Below, piece by piece: positions 19,639-36,574 of a stretch of 64,000 nucleotides of DNA. Within the stretch, counting starts at the first letter, position 1; the number at the start of each line of letters is the position of its first letter. The DNA comes from an uncultured Streptococcus sp. (GTDB lineage Bacteria; Bacillota; Bacilli; Lactobacillales; Streptococcaceae). The stretch is from NCBI GenBank assembly GCA_963546055.1, contig CAUULS010000011.1, positions 2,421 to 66,420 of the forward strand. The letters run 5' to 3'. The translations under genes and the position numbers were made by a program. The notes under the pieces are model-generated. The model was not told the origin of the DNA. It saw only the letters and a program-made list of their open reading frames with translations, and searched no databases.

Positions 19639-20460
19639 TTATGCGCCCATTCCAAGCAAGAATTTACCGATGAATGAAAGACCTACTGCAAGAACGATAA
19701 TGATACCGATCGCTTTAGTAGAGTTCATACCTTTCTTACCAAGCAACCAGAAGATAAAGGCAGTAAAGATTGCTGGAAGCAAACGTGGGAAGATTGAGTT
19801 CAAGATGTCTTGGAAGTCAATCATCTTTTCACCGATTGGCAATTTGTAAGAAATCTCAAAGTTGATCATTGTTGCTACAAGAGCACCCATCATGAAGACA
19901 CCAAGTACAGATGCAGCGTCAATCAAAGCTGTCAAAGTACTTTGCATGTTGTTGATAAGGTTAACCCCTTCTTTGTAGGCAAATTCCAATTGTTTCCAAC
20001 GGAAGATGTCATAAGCAACTGCAACTGCGATCCAAAGGAAGATACCCCATGGTTGGCCAGCGATAGCCATAGTTGCTGCGATAGATCCCATGATAGCAGG
20101 TACAAGTGAACCAAAGATTGTATCTCCAAGAGGAGCAAATGGTCCCATCAAACCTGTCTTAATACCGTTAACGGCATCTTTTGAACCCACACCATCTTTT
20201 TCTTCCATGGCAAGGTCAAAACCAGCGATAATTGTGTGGAAGAATGGTGAAGTATTGAAGAATTGAGTATGAACTTTCATCATTTCTTTCAATTCAGGAG
20301 TTCCATCCCCATACATTTTACGCAATTGAGGCAAGATCATGTAAAGGTAACCAGAAGCTTGCATACGTTCATAGTTCCAACCTAATTGGAAAGTAAACAA
20401 GCTACGTTTGTTGATTTGATTAAAATCTTCTTTTGTAAGTTTGTAATTAGAATTCGTCAT
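19639..20460 (-). CDS. Mannose-family PTS EIID
   Basis: WNYERMQ, FFNT and GLMGPFAPLGD motifs. Confidence 0.9.
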   Translation of the reverse strand: MTNSNYKLTKEDFNQINKRSLFTFQLGWNYERMQASGYLYMILPQLRKMYGDGTPELKEMMKVHTQFFNTSPFFHTIIAGFDLAMEEKDGVGSKDAVNGIKTGLMGPFAPLGDTIFGSLVPAIMGSIAATMAIAGQPWGIFLWIAVAVAYDIFRWKQLEFAYKEGVNLINNMQSTLTALIDAASVLGVFMMGALVATMINFEISYKLPIGEKMIDFQDILNSIFPRLLPAIFTAFIFWLLGKKGMNSTKAIGIIIVLAVGLSFIGKFLLGMGA

Positions 20461-21352
20461 CTTCGATTTCCCCACTTTCTGATGGTGTAGAAGGTGCTGC
20501 TACAGCTACTTTTTGGCTGTTCTTAAAGTGAACAACTGCAAGGAAGATACCTACGATAGAGATACCGATCATAGACAAACCTTTGAAGTTGTTAGCAAAG
20601 CCAATCTTTTCAGCAACATCAGCAGGAAGAGTACCAAGGATACCCGCAACAGCGCCACCAAGACCTGTTACATATGAGTAAAGAACAGTCAACATAGCTG
20701 TCAAACCGAATCCCATTGCAAGGTAGTGAAGGTTACGTTTAACTGGAAGGTAACGAAGCAAGATTGCAAATCCAAGACCTGGAAGCATACGACCTGCAAG
20801 TGTCAAACCGTCTGCAACCCATTGGTATTCTTTAACAAGGTCTACTACTGATTGTACGAAAGCACCACCAAAAGCAAGAGCGAAGAATACTGGAAGGGCA
20901 CGAGAAAGAGCCCATGGAAGCGCACCAAGTAGGTAGTTGCGTTCGATACCTTTGTAGTCAAAGCGTTCAATCGCAGCATCAATACGGTGTGCAAAGAAAG
21001 TAGTTGTCATACGTCCAAGAACGTCGAAGTATGTCAAAAGTGCTGCTACTGGTACAGCGATTGTTGTAATCGCAAGGTCTGTATCAATACCTTGAGAGAT
21101 AGAGAATGCTGTTGCAAGAACCGCACCAGAAGTTGCGTCGATACGAGAAGCACCACCGAAGGTACCAACCCCAAGAACGAACAACTGCAAGCTACCACCG
21201 ATAAACAAACCAGTTGTCACATCTCCCATGATCAAACCGGTAATGAAACCAGCGAATACAGGGGAACCTGCAGATGAAACGATTGTCAACTCATCACAGA
21301 TTTGATAAGCTGAGTACAAAGTGAGAAGTAAAATTTGCCACCATTGTATCAT
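20447..21352 (-). CDS. Mannose-family PTS EIIC
   Basis: Multi-TM; GLIMGD and LPGLGFAILL motifs. Confidence 0.9.
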   Translation of the reverse strand: MIQWWQILLLTLYSAYQICDELTIVSSAGSPVFAGFITGLIMGDVTTGLFIGGSLQLFVLGVGTFGGASRIDATSGAVLATAFSISQGIDTDLAITTIAVPVAALLTYFDVLGRMTTTFFAHRIDAAIERFDYKGIERNYLLGALPWALSRALPVFFALAFGGAFVQSVVDLVKEYQWVADGLTLAGRMLPGLGFAILLRYLPVKRNLHYLAMGFGLTAMLTVLYSYVTGLGGAVAGILGTLPADVAEKIGFANNFKGLSMIGISIVGIFLAVVHFKNSQKVAVAAPSTPSESGEIEDDEF

Positions 21353-21378
21353 AACAATGACCTCCTAAAAATTTTTTC

Positions 21379-21851
21379 CTATTTTAATAAGCTCAAAAAG
21401 TCTGAAACTGGATCATTTGGAACCATTTGAGCAGTGAGTTTCACACCTTTTTCTGCTAGTTTGTGGAAATCTTCCACATCCTTGTCTACCACGTTAATAG
21501 AACGTGTGATAGAGCGAGTTTCTGGTGTTTGAGACATATTGCCGACATTGAGTGTTTCAAGCGGAACACCTGCTTCAACCAAACCAAGGAAACGGTCTGG
21601 TTTACGTGCAACGATAAAGAGACGTTGGCTATCGTATTTACCAGCAAGGATATTTGCTGCTGCTTTCTCAACTGGCAAGATACTAAGTTTCACACCCGGT
21701 GGTGTAGCAAGTTTCAAGCCACTCTTTTCAATATCGTTGTTAACGACTTCATCGTCTACAACCATAATGCGCGAAACGTTTAGTTTCCCTGCCCAAAGAT
21801 TGGCTACTTGACCGTGGATCAAACGTCCATCGATACGGCATCCTACAATTG

Positions 21852-21855
<4 letters not shown>
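21379..21855 (-). CDS. Mannose-family PTS EIIB
   Basis: RIDGRLIHGQV phospho-His motif. Confidence 0.92.
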
Positions 21856-23639
<1,784 letters not shown>

Positions 23640-23660
23640 GTTATTACCTCTGACAAATTA

Positions 23661-23718
23661 AGTTTGCGCTTTCATTTGTTATAATATTAACTATAATCAA
23701 ATCTCGTGCATTTGTCAA
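23661..23718 (-). promoter_or_regulatory. bgaC operon promoter with cre site and probable AgaR site
   Basis: TTGACA (23713-23718)-17-TATAGT (23690-23695); cre-like TGAAAGCGCAAACT at 23661-23674; AT-rich site at 23675-23694. Confidence 0.6.
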
Positions 23719-23955
23719 TAGGTTTTAGAAAATTATTTAAAATTTTTCTATTTTTTTACTTCTTTTTTACCAAAATTATCTAAAAAATAGCATAAGATGA
23801 GAGCTTTTGCACGACCTCTGTTTCGATGACACTTTTATATATGTGCAAAATAATATTTTTAATGTATTATGTTATTTTTTCATCTAAATGCTACTATTTT
23901 CTTTGTGTTTGTGGTAAAATCAAAGAAGGAGAAAGAAAAAAATTGAGGTGCAATT

Positions 23956-24672
23956 ATGGCTATTCCAAAATACCAATATATTAAAGACGAACTCAAGAAT
24001 AAAATCATTTCAGGTCAATTTGCGAGTGGAGACAAGTTTTATACCGAAGCAGAGTTGATCGCCATGTATGATGTCAGTTCTATCACAGTTGTTCGTGCTT
24101 TGAACGACCTTGCCAAAGATGGCTATATTGTCCGCCAGCAAGGAAAAGGAACTTTTGTTTCACGCGCTCGTAAGCACAAACTCGTTGAGTTTTCAGATGT
24201 GGAAATTTTTGAAACAAAAGACGATAAGGTAACTGTCCTTTCTATCGAACGTGGAAATAAGCTTGAATATTTGGAGAAACTTGGTTTGCGTGGAGACCAG
24301 TTCTACTACAAGATTGAACGGACACGTCAAACAAACGATGTGACCTATATCTACCACACTTCTTATATTCCCGAACAATATATCAATGCCAACTATCCAA
24401 ATCTTGACTATTATAGTTCTATTTATAAACGTTTCAAGCTGGATTACCGCATTCACATGACTGATGAGCATTTTGAGGAAATCAACGAGATTGCCTTTCC
24501 AACACCAGAGCACGCTGCTTCTGTACTTGGAATCGATACACAATTCCCAACTGTCTTCCAAACCAAGACTACAAAACTTGAGGCCACTGGCCAAGTCCTT
24601 GCCTATAGTGAAACTTATAAGCGAGCAGACTACTACAAAATCAAATTCATCTCATGTAACCGAGGTCATTAA
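23956..24672 (+). CDS. agaR: GntR/HutC-family repressor
   Basis: N-terminal GntR HTH (YDVSSITVVRAL..QGKGTFV) and UTRA-like C-terminus; divergent from bgaC. Confidence 0.8.
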   Translation: MAIPKYQYIKDELKNKIISGQFASGDKFYTEAELIAMYDVSSITVVRALNDLAKDGYIVRQQGKGTFVSRARKHKLVEFSDVEIFETKDDKVTVLSIERGNKLEYLEKLGLRGDQFYYKIERTRQTNDVTYIYHTSYIPEQYINANYPNLDYYSSIYKRFKLDYRIHMTDEHFEEINEIAFPTPEHAASVLGIDTQFPTVFQTKTTKLEATGQVLAYSETYKRADYYKIKFISCNRGH

Positions 24673-24673
24673 G

Positions 24674-24703
24674 AAAAAGCCTGAGCCTAGCTCGGCTTTT
24701 TCT
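24674..24703 (+). terminator. Intrinsic terminator after agaR
   Basis: AAAAAGCC(T)GAGC-CTA-GCTCGGCTTTTT. Confidence 0.7.
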
Positions 24704-24931
24704 ATTTCATTATAGCACGCTTGATTTGCAATGAACAGGTGAGAAAAGGTGAATCTTTAATTAGTAGTGCTTTTACTAAAAACAAGTTAAATAGAAACTA
24801 CTGGTTTTCCACAAAAACAAACGAATCAAAAAAACAGCTTCCTAATCTTATAATTTCCTCCATTTATTATAGTTCTTTCATAAAGTCGCTTGACTTTTTA
24901 TATCTTAGATAATAAAATAAAAACAGTTTTG

Positions 24932-24945
24932 TGAAAACGTTATCA
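24932..24945 (+). promoter_or_regulatory. CcpA cre site upstream of strH
   Basis: TGAAAACGTTATCA, close to the cre consensus. Confidence 0.65.
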
Positions 24946-24961
24946 TACAATATAATAATAG

Positions 24962-28984
<4,023 letters not shown>

Positions 28985-29004
28985 GATTCTTCTAAGAGAA
29001 TACG

Positions 29005-29032
29005 AAAAAGCGAGATTGAATCTCGCTTTTTT
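29005..29032. terminator. Bidirectional terminator between strH and purB
   Basis: AAAAAGCGAGATT-G-AATCTCGCTTTTT. Confidence 0.8.
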
Positions 29033-29039
29033 GTTATGA

Positions 29040-30338
29040 TTAGTCACCCAGTCCGATACGTTCAAAGATATCATCCACTCGTTTGGTGTAGTATGCAGGG
29101 TTGAAGATTTCGTCGATTTCTTCTTGAGTCAGACGTGAGGTTACTTCTGGATCTGCTTCGAGAAGTGGTTTAAAGTCTACTTGATTGTCCCAAGAGTAAG
29201 CTGTTTTTGGTTGCACCAAATCATAGGCTTGCTCACGCGTCATACCTTTTTCAATCAAAGTCAACATGGCACGTTGGCTAAAGATCAGACCGAAAGTAGA
29301 GTTCATGTTGCGGATCATGTTTTCTGGGAAGACTGTCAAGTTCTTGACGATATTCCCAAAACGGTTGAGCATGTAGTCGATCAAAATGGTCGTATCTGGT
29401 GTGATGATGCGCTCAGCTGATGAGTGAGAGATGTCACGTTCGTGCCAGAGAGCCACGTTTTCATAAGCTGTCACCATGTGACCACGGATAACACGCGCCA
29501 GACCAGTCATGTTTTCAGAACCGATTGGGTTGCGTTTGTGAGGCATTGCTGAAGAACCTTTTTGACCTTTAGCAAAGAATTCTTCCACTTCGCGTTGCTC
29601 AGATTTTTGCAGACCACGAATCTCAGTCGCCATGCGTTCAATAGAAGTCGCGATGCTAGCAAGAACTGCAAAGTACTCGGCGTGAAGATCACGAGGAAGG
29701 ACCTGTGTCGAGATTTCTTGAGCACGGATACCAAGCTTGTCGCAGACGTATTGCTCCACAAATGGTGGAATGTTAGCAAAGTTCCCAACCGCACCAGAAA
29801 TCTTACCAGCTTCTACACCAGCAGCCGCATGCTCGAAACGCTCGATATTGCGTTTCATTTCGCTGTACCAAGTCGCCAATTTAAGACCAAAGGTTGTTGG
29901 CTCAGCGTGAACACCGTGGGTACGACCCATCATGATGGTGAACTTGTGCTCCTTAGCCTTATCAGCGATGATGTTGGTGAAGTTTTCAAGGTCACGACGG
30001 ATGATATCGTTGGCTTGTTTATAAAGGTAACCGTAGGCCGTATCCACCACGTCGGTAGAAGTCAAACCATAGTGCACCCACTTGCGCTCTTCACCAAGAG
30101 TCTCAGAAACCGCACGCGTGAAAGCCACCACATCGTGGCGCGTCTCCTGCTCAATCTCCAAGATGCGGTCGATGTCAAAGTCCGCTTTTTCACGAATCAA
30201 AGCCACATCTTCCTTAGGGATTTCCCCCAATTCAGCCCATGCCTCGTCAGCCAAGATTTCCACCTCAAGCCAAGCACGGTATTTATTTTCTTCACTCCAA
30301 ATGTTCGCCATCTCAGGGCGAGAGTAACGGTTGATCAT
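29040..30338 (-). CDS. purB: Adenylosuccinate lyase
   Basis: [20 protein letters not shown] and [11 protein letters not shown] motifs. Confidence 0.97.
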   Translation of the reverse strand: MINRYSRPEMANIWSEENKYRAWLEVEILADEAWAELGEIPKEDVALIREKADFDIDRILEIEQETRHDVVAFTRAVSETLGEERKWVHYGLTSTDVVDTAYGYLYKQANDIIRRDLENFTNIIADKAKEHKFTIMMGRTHGVHAEPTTFGLKLATWYSEMKRNIERFEHAAAGVEAGKISGAVGNFANIPPFVEQYVCDKLGIRAQEISTQVLPRDLHAEYFAVLASIATSIERMATEIRGLQKSEQREVEEFFAKGQKGSSAMPHKRNPIGSENMTGLARVIRGHMVTAYENVALWHERDISHSSAERIITPDTTILIDYMLNRFGNIVKNLTVFPENMIRNMNSTFGLIFSQRAMLTLIEKGMTREQAYDLVQPKTAYSWDNQVDFKPLLEADPEVTSRLTQEEIDEIFNPAYYTKRVDDIFERIGLGD

Positions 30339-30357
30339 TGTTGTTTCTCCTATAATT

Positions 30358-31209
30358 TTATCTGCCTGATAGTAATGATGAAATAACTCCACCTAAAGTT
30401 CCTGATATTATATCTTTAATAAACTGTTGATTGAAAAATGATGCATTTTCTTTAACAATTACAGTAAATTCAGATTCACTATTTTTGTCAGTTGCAGCAA
30501 GTAAGTCCTTTAAAATTTCGACAGATTGCTCAGATAGAACAGAAGCATTGTTAAGAATCTGTTGAAGTTGTTTAGAAAGTTCCGACCACGGAAACTCAAC
30601 ATTCATATTAGATTTTTCTAAAATAGAATCCGTAACAATATTTGAGTTAACATTGTTGTCCCCATTAAATGTGACATTATTCCCTGAACCAAAATCATTT
30701 CCAACTACATTATCATTACCTGATACAGTTGTTTTATATGAGCCTGTTTCAAAAATATTTTGTTCCCCACCAATTTGTTGATGTTTTATATCAATAAAAG
30801 TGATCTGATTTTTATCACCAAAAGATTTTTTAATTACTTCATATACTTTGTCTCGAAATATTTCTTCCTTAAAAAACAAATAAGAATTTTTGCTAGACCC
30901 TAAATTGAACTCTATGTAATATTTTGTTTTAAGATATTTCTCATAACGGTTATATACAATATAAATGTACAAAGCCAAAAAAGTAATCGGAATGATATTT
31001 GGGATAAAATCTATCGGAAACATTATTAACATAATAGCTGCAAAAGCTATTTCTTTCAAAGAAATTCTAAATGCCAATGTTGCTTTTGTCATCATAGAAA
31101 TATTGTCTATCTGAATAACATCATTTTGAGTAGCTATTGCATGTTCCTTTATGCTAAGAGTATCCGTTTCAATAGTATTATTTTCGTTATTAAATAAATC
31201 TAAAATCAT
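30358..31209 (-). CDS. Hypothetical AT-rich membrane protein inserted upstream of purB
   Basis: 283-aa ORF with two TM segments, an Asn/Gly-rich stretch and a hydrophobic C-terminus; TAATG overlap with the upstream gene. Confidence 0.7.
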   Translation of the reverse strand: MILDLFNNENNTIETDTLSIKEHAIATQNDVIQIDNISMMTKATLAFRISLKEIAFAAIMLIMFPIDFIPNIIPITFLALYIYIVYNRYEKYLKTKYYIEFNLGSSKNSYLFFKEEIFRDKVYEVIKKSFGDKNQITFIDIKHQQIGGEQNIFETGSYKTTVSGNDNVVGNDFGSGNNVTFNGDNNVNSNIVTDSILEKSNMNVEFPWSELSKQLQQILNNASVLSEQSVEILKDLLAATDKNSESEFTVIVKENASFFNQQFIKDIISGTLGGVISSLLSGR

Positions 31210-31448
31210 TATTCTTCTCTCTCCTCAAACTCTTCTTTTCCAATAAACACAGATGGATAGTGTGGTAAACTACTAAGGTTAGTATCCAACGGTACATCAT
31301 AGATAACTAAATAGTTTTCTGGGTACTGAGCCACTAGCTCTTCATATTTGGTTTTCACTTTTTCGTGATTGCTACTAGCATATAAGACTTCGACGACTGC
31401 CCCTGCCTTATCTTTTTCAACAAAAGCATTAACGATGATTTGAATCAT
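31209..31448 (-). CDS. Small conserved hypothetical protein of the pur operon
   Basis: MIQIIVNAFVE...LPHYPSV; usual position after purK. Confidence 0.7.
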   Translation of the reverse strand: MIQIIVNAFVEKDKAGAVVEVLYASSNHEKVKTKYEELVAQYPENYLVIYDVPLDTNLSSLPHYPSVFIGKEEFEEREE

Positions 31449-31457
31449 AGACTTCAC

Positions 31458-32549
31458 CTAAAAATCAATCCCTTTCCCAAATTCCTCTACCTCATCCGGC
31501 ACATCACTAAACAAAGTCACATGTCCCATTTTGCGGTTGTGCTTCGCTTCTATTTTACCATACATGTGGAGGTGGGCGCTTGGATTTTCTGTGACATATT
31601 TTTCAGCGGCCTCGACGTGCTGGCCGAGAACGTTGAGCATAACAGCAGGCGCATGCAGTTTGATGTCTGGCAATGGTGCTCCCAGAACACCCAAGATATG
31701 GGTGTCAAACTGTGAAAAGTCACAGGCTTCGATCGAGTAGTGCCCTGAATTGTGTGGTCGTGGCGCGATTTCATTGACGATGATGTCATCGGCCGTCGCA
31801 AACATTTCCACACAAAGGGTACCAGAAAGATGGAGCTGTTCTGCGATCCGCACAGCCATAGTTTTAGCTTTGTCAGCTAGACTTTCTGAAATGCGAGCAG
31901 GCACAATAGTTTTTGAAAGGATGTTGTTTCGGTGAATATTTTCCTGAACTGGGAAAACTGTCGCGTCCTTGCCATTTCCTGACACGATGACAGAGATCTC
32001 AAGATCAAAGTTGACAAATTCTTCCAAAACGCAGTCTGCTGAATCAGCTAGCGCATAGGCTTCTTCCAAATCTGCTTCTGAGCGAATGACCTTTTGCCCA
32101 TGCCCATCGTAGCCACCAGTCGCCGTCTTGAGGACATAATTTTTCGATAGGTCAATATCTGCCAAGTCTTGGCTAGAAGTCACAACCTTGTATGGGGCCA
32201 CAGTGACTTGAGCCTTGTTTGAGAGAAAATCCTTTTCAAAGATCCGATTTTGAGAAATGCGGAGCAGGTCCGTTCCTTGAGGGAGCTGTCCATCCTTGAT
32301 AACCGCATCCAGACCGTCAGCATCGACATTCTCAAACTCATAGGTGAGAACATCGCAACGCTCCGCCAACTGACGAAGAGCGCCCACATCGTTATAAGGC
32401 GCCACGATGATTTCCGCCACACGAGAGGCCGGGCAATCAGCCGCAGGATCCAGTGCGATGACCTTGTGCCCCATGTAGATAGCAGAAATGGCCATCATCT
32501 GCCCTAGCTGACCGCCACCGATAATTCCGATTGTTTTAGATGAGCTCAT
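31458..32549 (-). CDS. purK: N5-CAIR synthase
   Basis: [29 protein letters not shown] and RKMGH motifs. Confidence 0.96.
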   Translation of the reverse strand: MSSSKTIGIIGGGQLGQMMAISAIYMGHKVIALDPAADCPASRVAEIIVAPYNDVGALRQLAERCDVLTYEFENVDADGLDAVIKDGQLPQGTDLLRISQNRIFEKDFLSNKAQVTVAPYKVVTSSQDLADIDLSKNYVLKTATGGYDGHGQKVIRSEADLEEAYALADSADCVLEEFVNFDLEISVIVSGNGKDATVFPVQENIHRNNILSKTIVPARISESLADKAKTMAVRIAEQLHLSGTLCVEMFATADDIIVNEIAPRPHNSGHYSIEACDFSQFDTHILGVLGAPLPDIKLHAPAVMLNVLGQHVEAAEKYVTENPSAHLHMYGKIEAKHNRKMGHVTLFSDVPDEVEEFGKGIDF

Positions 32550-33027
32550 TTGTAGACTCCTCTGCGATTTTTCCTTGTTCTTCTGCAAAATCTGCCAAAG
32601 CTGTCGCGATAGCCTGATCCTCTACTGACAGGAGACGGAGGGCAAAGAGAGCAGCATTGGTCGCACCTGCCTCACCGATAGCCATGGTTGCGACTGGTAC
32701 TCCACCCGGCATCTGAACGATAGAGTAGAGCGAGTCCACGCCACTAAGAGCACGTGATTTGACGGGCACACCAATGACAGGAAGGGTTGTTTTTGCTGCG
32801 ACCATACCTGGCAAATGGGCTGCGCCTCCAGCACCTGCGATGATAACCTTGATGCCACGACTACGTGCTTCCTCCGCATGTTTGAACATGAGGTCTGGTG
32901 TACGGTGGGCAGAGACAACTTTCTTTTCGTAGGCTACACCGAAGCGGTCTAGAACCTCTGCTGTTTTTTGCATGGTGGCCCAGTCGGATTTTGAACCCAT
33001 GATGATGGAAATAATTGGTTTAGTCAT
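32536..33027 (-). CDS. purE: N5-CAIR mutase
   Basis: MGSKSD, SAHRTP and AGGAAHLPG motifs. Confidence 0.96.
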   Translation of the reverse strand: MTKPIISIIMGSKSDWATMQKTAEVLDRFGVAYEKKVVSAHRTPDLMFKHAEEARSRGIKVIIAGAGGAAHLPGMVAAKTTLPVIGVPVKSRALSGVDSLYSIVQMPGGVPVATMAIGEAGATNAALFALRLLSVEDQAIATALADFAEEQGKIAEESTNELI

Positions 33028-33051
33028 ATTTTTTCCTTTTTTCTTCTTTTT

Positions 33052-33183
33052 GATAATGGTCTTAGGTGGTGGGGACGGAAGCAAACCTTCGGTTTCATTC
33101 CTAAAATTTGAGCCTAAGGTCTCAAATTTTCCCTAGACCAGAACAGAAATTGTTCTGGTCTTTTCACCACGGCGACCATTATC
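33052..33183. repeat. Multi-hairpin intergenic element with terminal inverted repeats
   Basis: GATAATGGTC/GACCATTATC closing stem enclosing three internal hairpins. Confidence 0.7.
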
Positions 33184-33224
33184 TTACTTTGGCTCGCTTT
33201 CGCTCGCCATGGCAAATATGTCTG

Positions 33225-34490
33225 TTAATCTTTTATGGCCTTGCTTCCGATATCTGTTCGGTAAAAGAGGCCTTCTGTGTTTTGTTGGGCGAGTTCTTGG
33301 TAGATGGTACTTTGGGCTTCTTTGACGGTATCTGCTGTGGTGACGAGCATATAGACACGTCCGCCGTTGGATAGCAGTGCTCTGCTATTTTCCGCAAACT
33401 TAGCCCCTGCATAGTAGGTGATGGTGTCTCCCTCGGTTTTTGCTGGCAATTCAACACCTTTTTCATAGTCTAGCGGGTAGCCGTTTGACGCGACAACCAC
33501 GCCCAGAGTCACACCCTTATCTGTCCAAGTAATGTTTGGCTCCTTGCTATCCAGAATATCCGTAATATTTTGTGCAAGGTCAGATGTCAAACGAGGCAGG
33601 ATAATCTGGGTCTCAGGATCTCCGAAACGAGCGTTGAACTCGATGACCTTAGGTCCATCAGCTGTCAAGATAAGCCCTGCGTAAAGGACACCAAGATAGG
33701 GGCGCCCTTCTTTAATCATCCCTTCAAGAACCGGCTTGACAATAGTCTCTACCGCTGTAGCAACTACACTCTGTGGCAAGTGAGGAACTGGCGCATAAGC
33801 TCCCATACCTCCCGTGTTAGGACCCTTGTCTCCATCGTAGGCACGTTTGTGGTCCTGTGCTGTCGGCATGATATAGAACTTGTCACCATTGACAAAGGCA
33901 AAGAGAGAGAACTCCTCACCGTCGAGGAATTCCTCGATAACCACACGCGCACCTGAGTCACCAAATTTATTGTCCAAAAGCATCTCATGAGCGGCTTCGA
34001 CCGCTTGCTCAACCGTCTCCGCAACGACGACACCTTTCCCAAGAGCCAAGCCGTCTGCCTTGACGACGATAGGAGCGCCTTTCTCCTCGATATAGGCCTT
34101 AGCTGCCTCAAAGTCGGAAAATGTGCTATAGGCTGCTGTCGGAACGCCGTACTTGACCATGATTTCCTTAGCAAAATCCTTAGACCACTCCAGCTCCGCT
34201 GCCAATCTTGTCGGACCAAAAGCCTTGAGCTCAGCCTGGTTAAAATCATCGACAATCCCAGCAGCAAGGGCGTCATCTGGACCAATGAAAGTCCAAGCAA
34301 TATCGTTGGCTTTTGCAAACTCAATCAATTTAGAATGTTCGGAAATAGAGATATTTACCAATTCCAGACCATCCAAAGTCATTCCGTCATTCCCAGGAGC
34401 TACAAAGACTTTTTCAACGTCTTTTGATTCAAGCAACTTCTTAGCAATGGCATGTTCACGACCACCAGAACCGACAACAAGCAGTTTCAT
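33225..34490 (-). CDS. purD: Phosphoribosylamine-glycine ligase
   Basis: GSGGREHA, GPNTGGMG and EFNARFGDPE motifs. Confidence 0.97.
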   Translation of the reverse strand: MKLLVVGSGGREHAIAKKLLESKDVEKVFVAPGNDGMTLDGLELVNISISEHSKLIEFAKANDIAWTFIGPDDALAAGIVDDFNQAELKAFGPTRLAAELEWSKDFAKEIMVKYGVPTAAYSTFSDFEAAKAYIEEKGAPIVVKADGLALGKGVVVAETVEQAVEAAHEMLLDNKFGDSGARVVIEEFLDGEEFSLFAFVNGDKFYIMPTAQDHKRAYDGDKGPNTGGMGAYAPVPHLPQSVVATAVETIVKPVLEGMIKEGRPYLGVLYAGLILTADGPKVIEFNARFGDPETQIILPRLTSDLAQNITDILDSKEPNITWTDKGVTLGVVVASNGYPLDYEKGVELPAKTEGDTITYYAGAKFAENSRALLSNGGRVYMLVTTADTVKEAQSTIYQELAQQNTEGLFYRTDIGSKAIKD

Positions 34491-34618
34491 TCTTCAACCT
34501 CTTTTGCGAATTATTTACTAATATTATAACATAAACGTTCGTTTTAATCTCGTTTCACTTAGTGTTTTAAACTAAAAAAGGAAAGAAACTGTTTTCTTCC
34601 CTTTTGTTTTTTAATGTC

Positions 34619-35383
34619 TTACTCCGTTATATATTCTTCTTTCAACACTTTAGCAATATTCGGTTCCAATAAATTAACAAAATACTTTTTCAAATTTAAA
34701 ATATTATCAACCTGTTCTTTATCTAACCTAAATGAACGACCAGTTTGAGGTTCCTTTAATGTACGTAATAGATCTTTGCCAGTTGGCCATACTAATTTTC
34801 TTGCCTGTGGTTGAAAAGGGTTTACTCCCGTCCCTGGCATTATTCCCCCGATAAATCCATTTGAATTTGCTGTACTTGAACTTTTATTTATCAATGTGAC
34901 AGTAGCAAATCCTAACGAAACTTCGCCAAATACAACAATAATGAAAGGGCGAATATCATACTCTGATTCACTGTTAGAATAATAATTAAGCTCCTTTTCA
35001 ATCCCATATTTATACTTGTTGTTTTTAAAAATATTTTGTTTTAGTTTAACCACTGTTAAATCATCATCATTTAACGAATGCTCTTTACTATTAAATTCTA
35101 TCAGACTGTCATTCTTTGAAAAAATCATAAATACATCTGGATTTGATCCAAATTCTCCTTCGAATGCTATCGAAGAGAAGGCATAAAAACCATGCTTGTA
35201 ATCACCTCTAAGTTTCCATGACATAGTACTTTGACCAACTAAAGGAAAATGTATATTTTCAATTCTGCTTTTTCTGATATATCTTTTTTTATGCATAATA
35301 TTTATAAATTCCTTAAGGTCTGGACTTATTCCAATGGTTGGGCCTGATAATGACATTCCCACATTTAATTTTATATATGACAT
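34619..35383 (-). CDS. Hypothetical protein in the AT-rich insert
   Basis: 254-aa ORF; no motif recognised. Confidence 0.65.
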   Translation of the reverse strand: MSYIKLNVGMSLSGPTIGISPDLKEFINIMHKKRYIRKSRIENIHFPLVGQSTMSWKLRGDYKHGFYAFSSIAFEGEFGSNPDVFMIFSKNDSLIEFNSKEHSLNDDDLTVVKLKQNIFKNNKYKYGIEKELNYYSNSESEYDIRPFIIVVFGEVSLGFATVTLINKSSSTANSNGFIGGIMPGTGVNPFQPQARKLVWPTGKDLLRTLKEPQTGRSFRLDKEQVDNILNLKKYFVNLLEPNIAKVLKEEYITE

Positions 35384-35518
35384 CTTAACTTTTCCATTTT
35401 ATTGATTTACCTAATTATATAGTAATAGTAATCGCTCATATAAAACTCATTTTCTTAATGTCTAAAAATCTACTCAAAGTTTCAATTAATCTTATATAAT
35501 TTCCACATATAGTAAAAA

Positions 35519-36496
35519 CTAATCGAAAGTCATACAACATTTTCCTCTCAAATAATCATCTAATCCCTCAGGCGTGTCTGCACAATTAGTAAAAACTGTC
35601 ATTATATTTTTATCGTCAATCAAAAATTGTTTTGGAATAAAGCCTCCATTTTTACTCACTAAAGACAATATAAACTCCTTCAAAAACCATAATAACTGTT
35701 TCCCTCTAAAATAATCCTCTATGTGGACACGATATTCCTCCATATCATTCTCAAAATTATAGCGTATGTGTTGTCGTTTATCCCTAAAAATAGATAACTC
35801 CTTGACATAATCTCTACCATTCTTTTTACAACCATTTTTAATTTTCTCCCTTAGCATTTTCTCGTACATACTTTCAAAAAAATTAAAGCTTATATCCTCG
35901 ACTGATAATTCAATCTTTTTATACCCAATTTTAAAAAAACCAACCGCATTTCTTTTCAATCCTAACAAATCAAAATCTATTTTCACACCATTCAATTGAC
36001 AACAAATTGCCCAAAGATTCATATCTGTTAGATAACCTATAAATTCTCTATATCTTTCATTAAAATAACCCAATACTCTATCAAACTCTGGATCATCATC
36101 ATTTATTCCAAAATGTCCTTTTAATATTCTTTTGATTGCTGCAGTACTTACATATAAGTTCTCAACTGCATATTTTGGAGTCATATATATATCAGAATTA
36201 ACTTCGTGATGTTCATAATCTTTATCTATAAAAAATAATTTATTAACTAACGTAGATTTTCCCTCTTGAGTAAATTTCTTAAATAATCTAATTACCTCAC
36301 TCTTTCCACCAACTGCATATGTATTATAAGTTTCAGTGTACCGTTGTATTCGACAATCATAATACTGCCTATCTTTTCCTTCATAAAATACAAAATATCT
36401 ATTGGGATTAGCCTTGGCATCTCTCGTATACCTTTCCCAAATAACTGAGGATTCTGTCAAACTTTCTAGATGATTTTCTATTGTTACTGATTTCAA
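35519..36496 (-). CDS. DUF4435 TOPRIM-like protein (AriB-like)
   Basis: FVFYEGKD, GGKSEV, FFIDKDY, YAVENLY and FRGKQ motifs; TTG start after an AAGGGGAG RBS. Confidence 0.75.
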   Translation of the reverse strand: MKSVTIENHLESLTESSVIWERYTRDAKANPNRYFVFYEGKDRQYYDCRIQRYTETYNTYAVGGKSEVIRLFKKFTQEGKSTLVNKLFFIDKDYEHHEVNSDIYMTPKYAVENLYVSTAAIKRILKGHFGINDDDPEFDRVLGYFNERYREFIGYLTDMNLWAICCQLNGVKIDFDLLGLKRNAVGFFKIGYKKIELSVEDISFNFFESMYEKMLREKIKNGCKKNGRDYVKELSIFRDKRQHIRYNFENDMEEYRVHIEDYFRGKQLLWFLKEFILSLVSKNGGFIPKQFLIDDKNIMTVFTNCADTPEGLDDYLRGKCCMTFD

Positions 36497-36574
36497 ATTA
36501 TCTCCCCTTACTTAAAAAGGTGACCCATCATTGCCTTCATTTTCTAATTGGAACATGATTTCATTCTTATGAAT

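Noticed and set aside
29562..30386. 274-aa plus-strand ORF
   Set aside because: Antisense shadow of purB.
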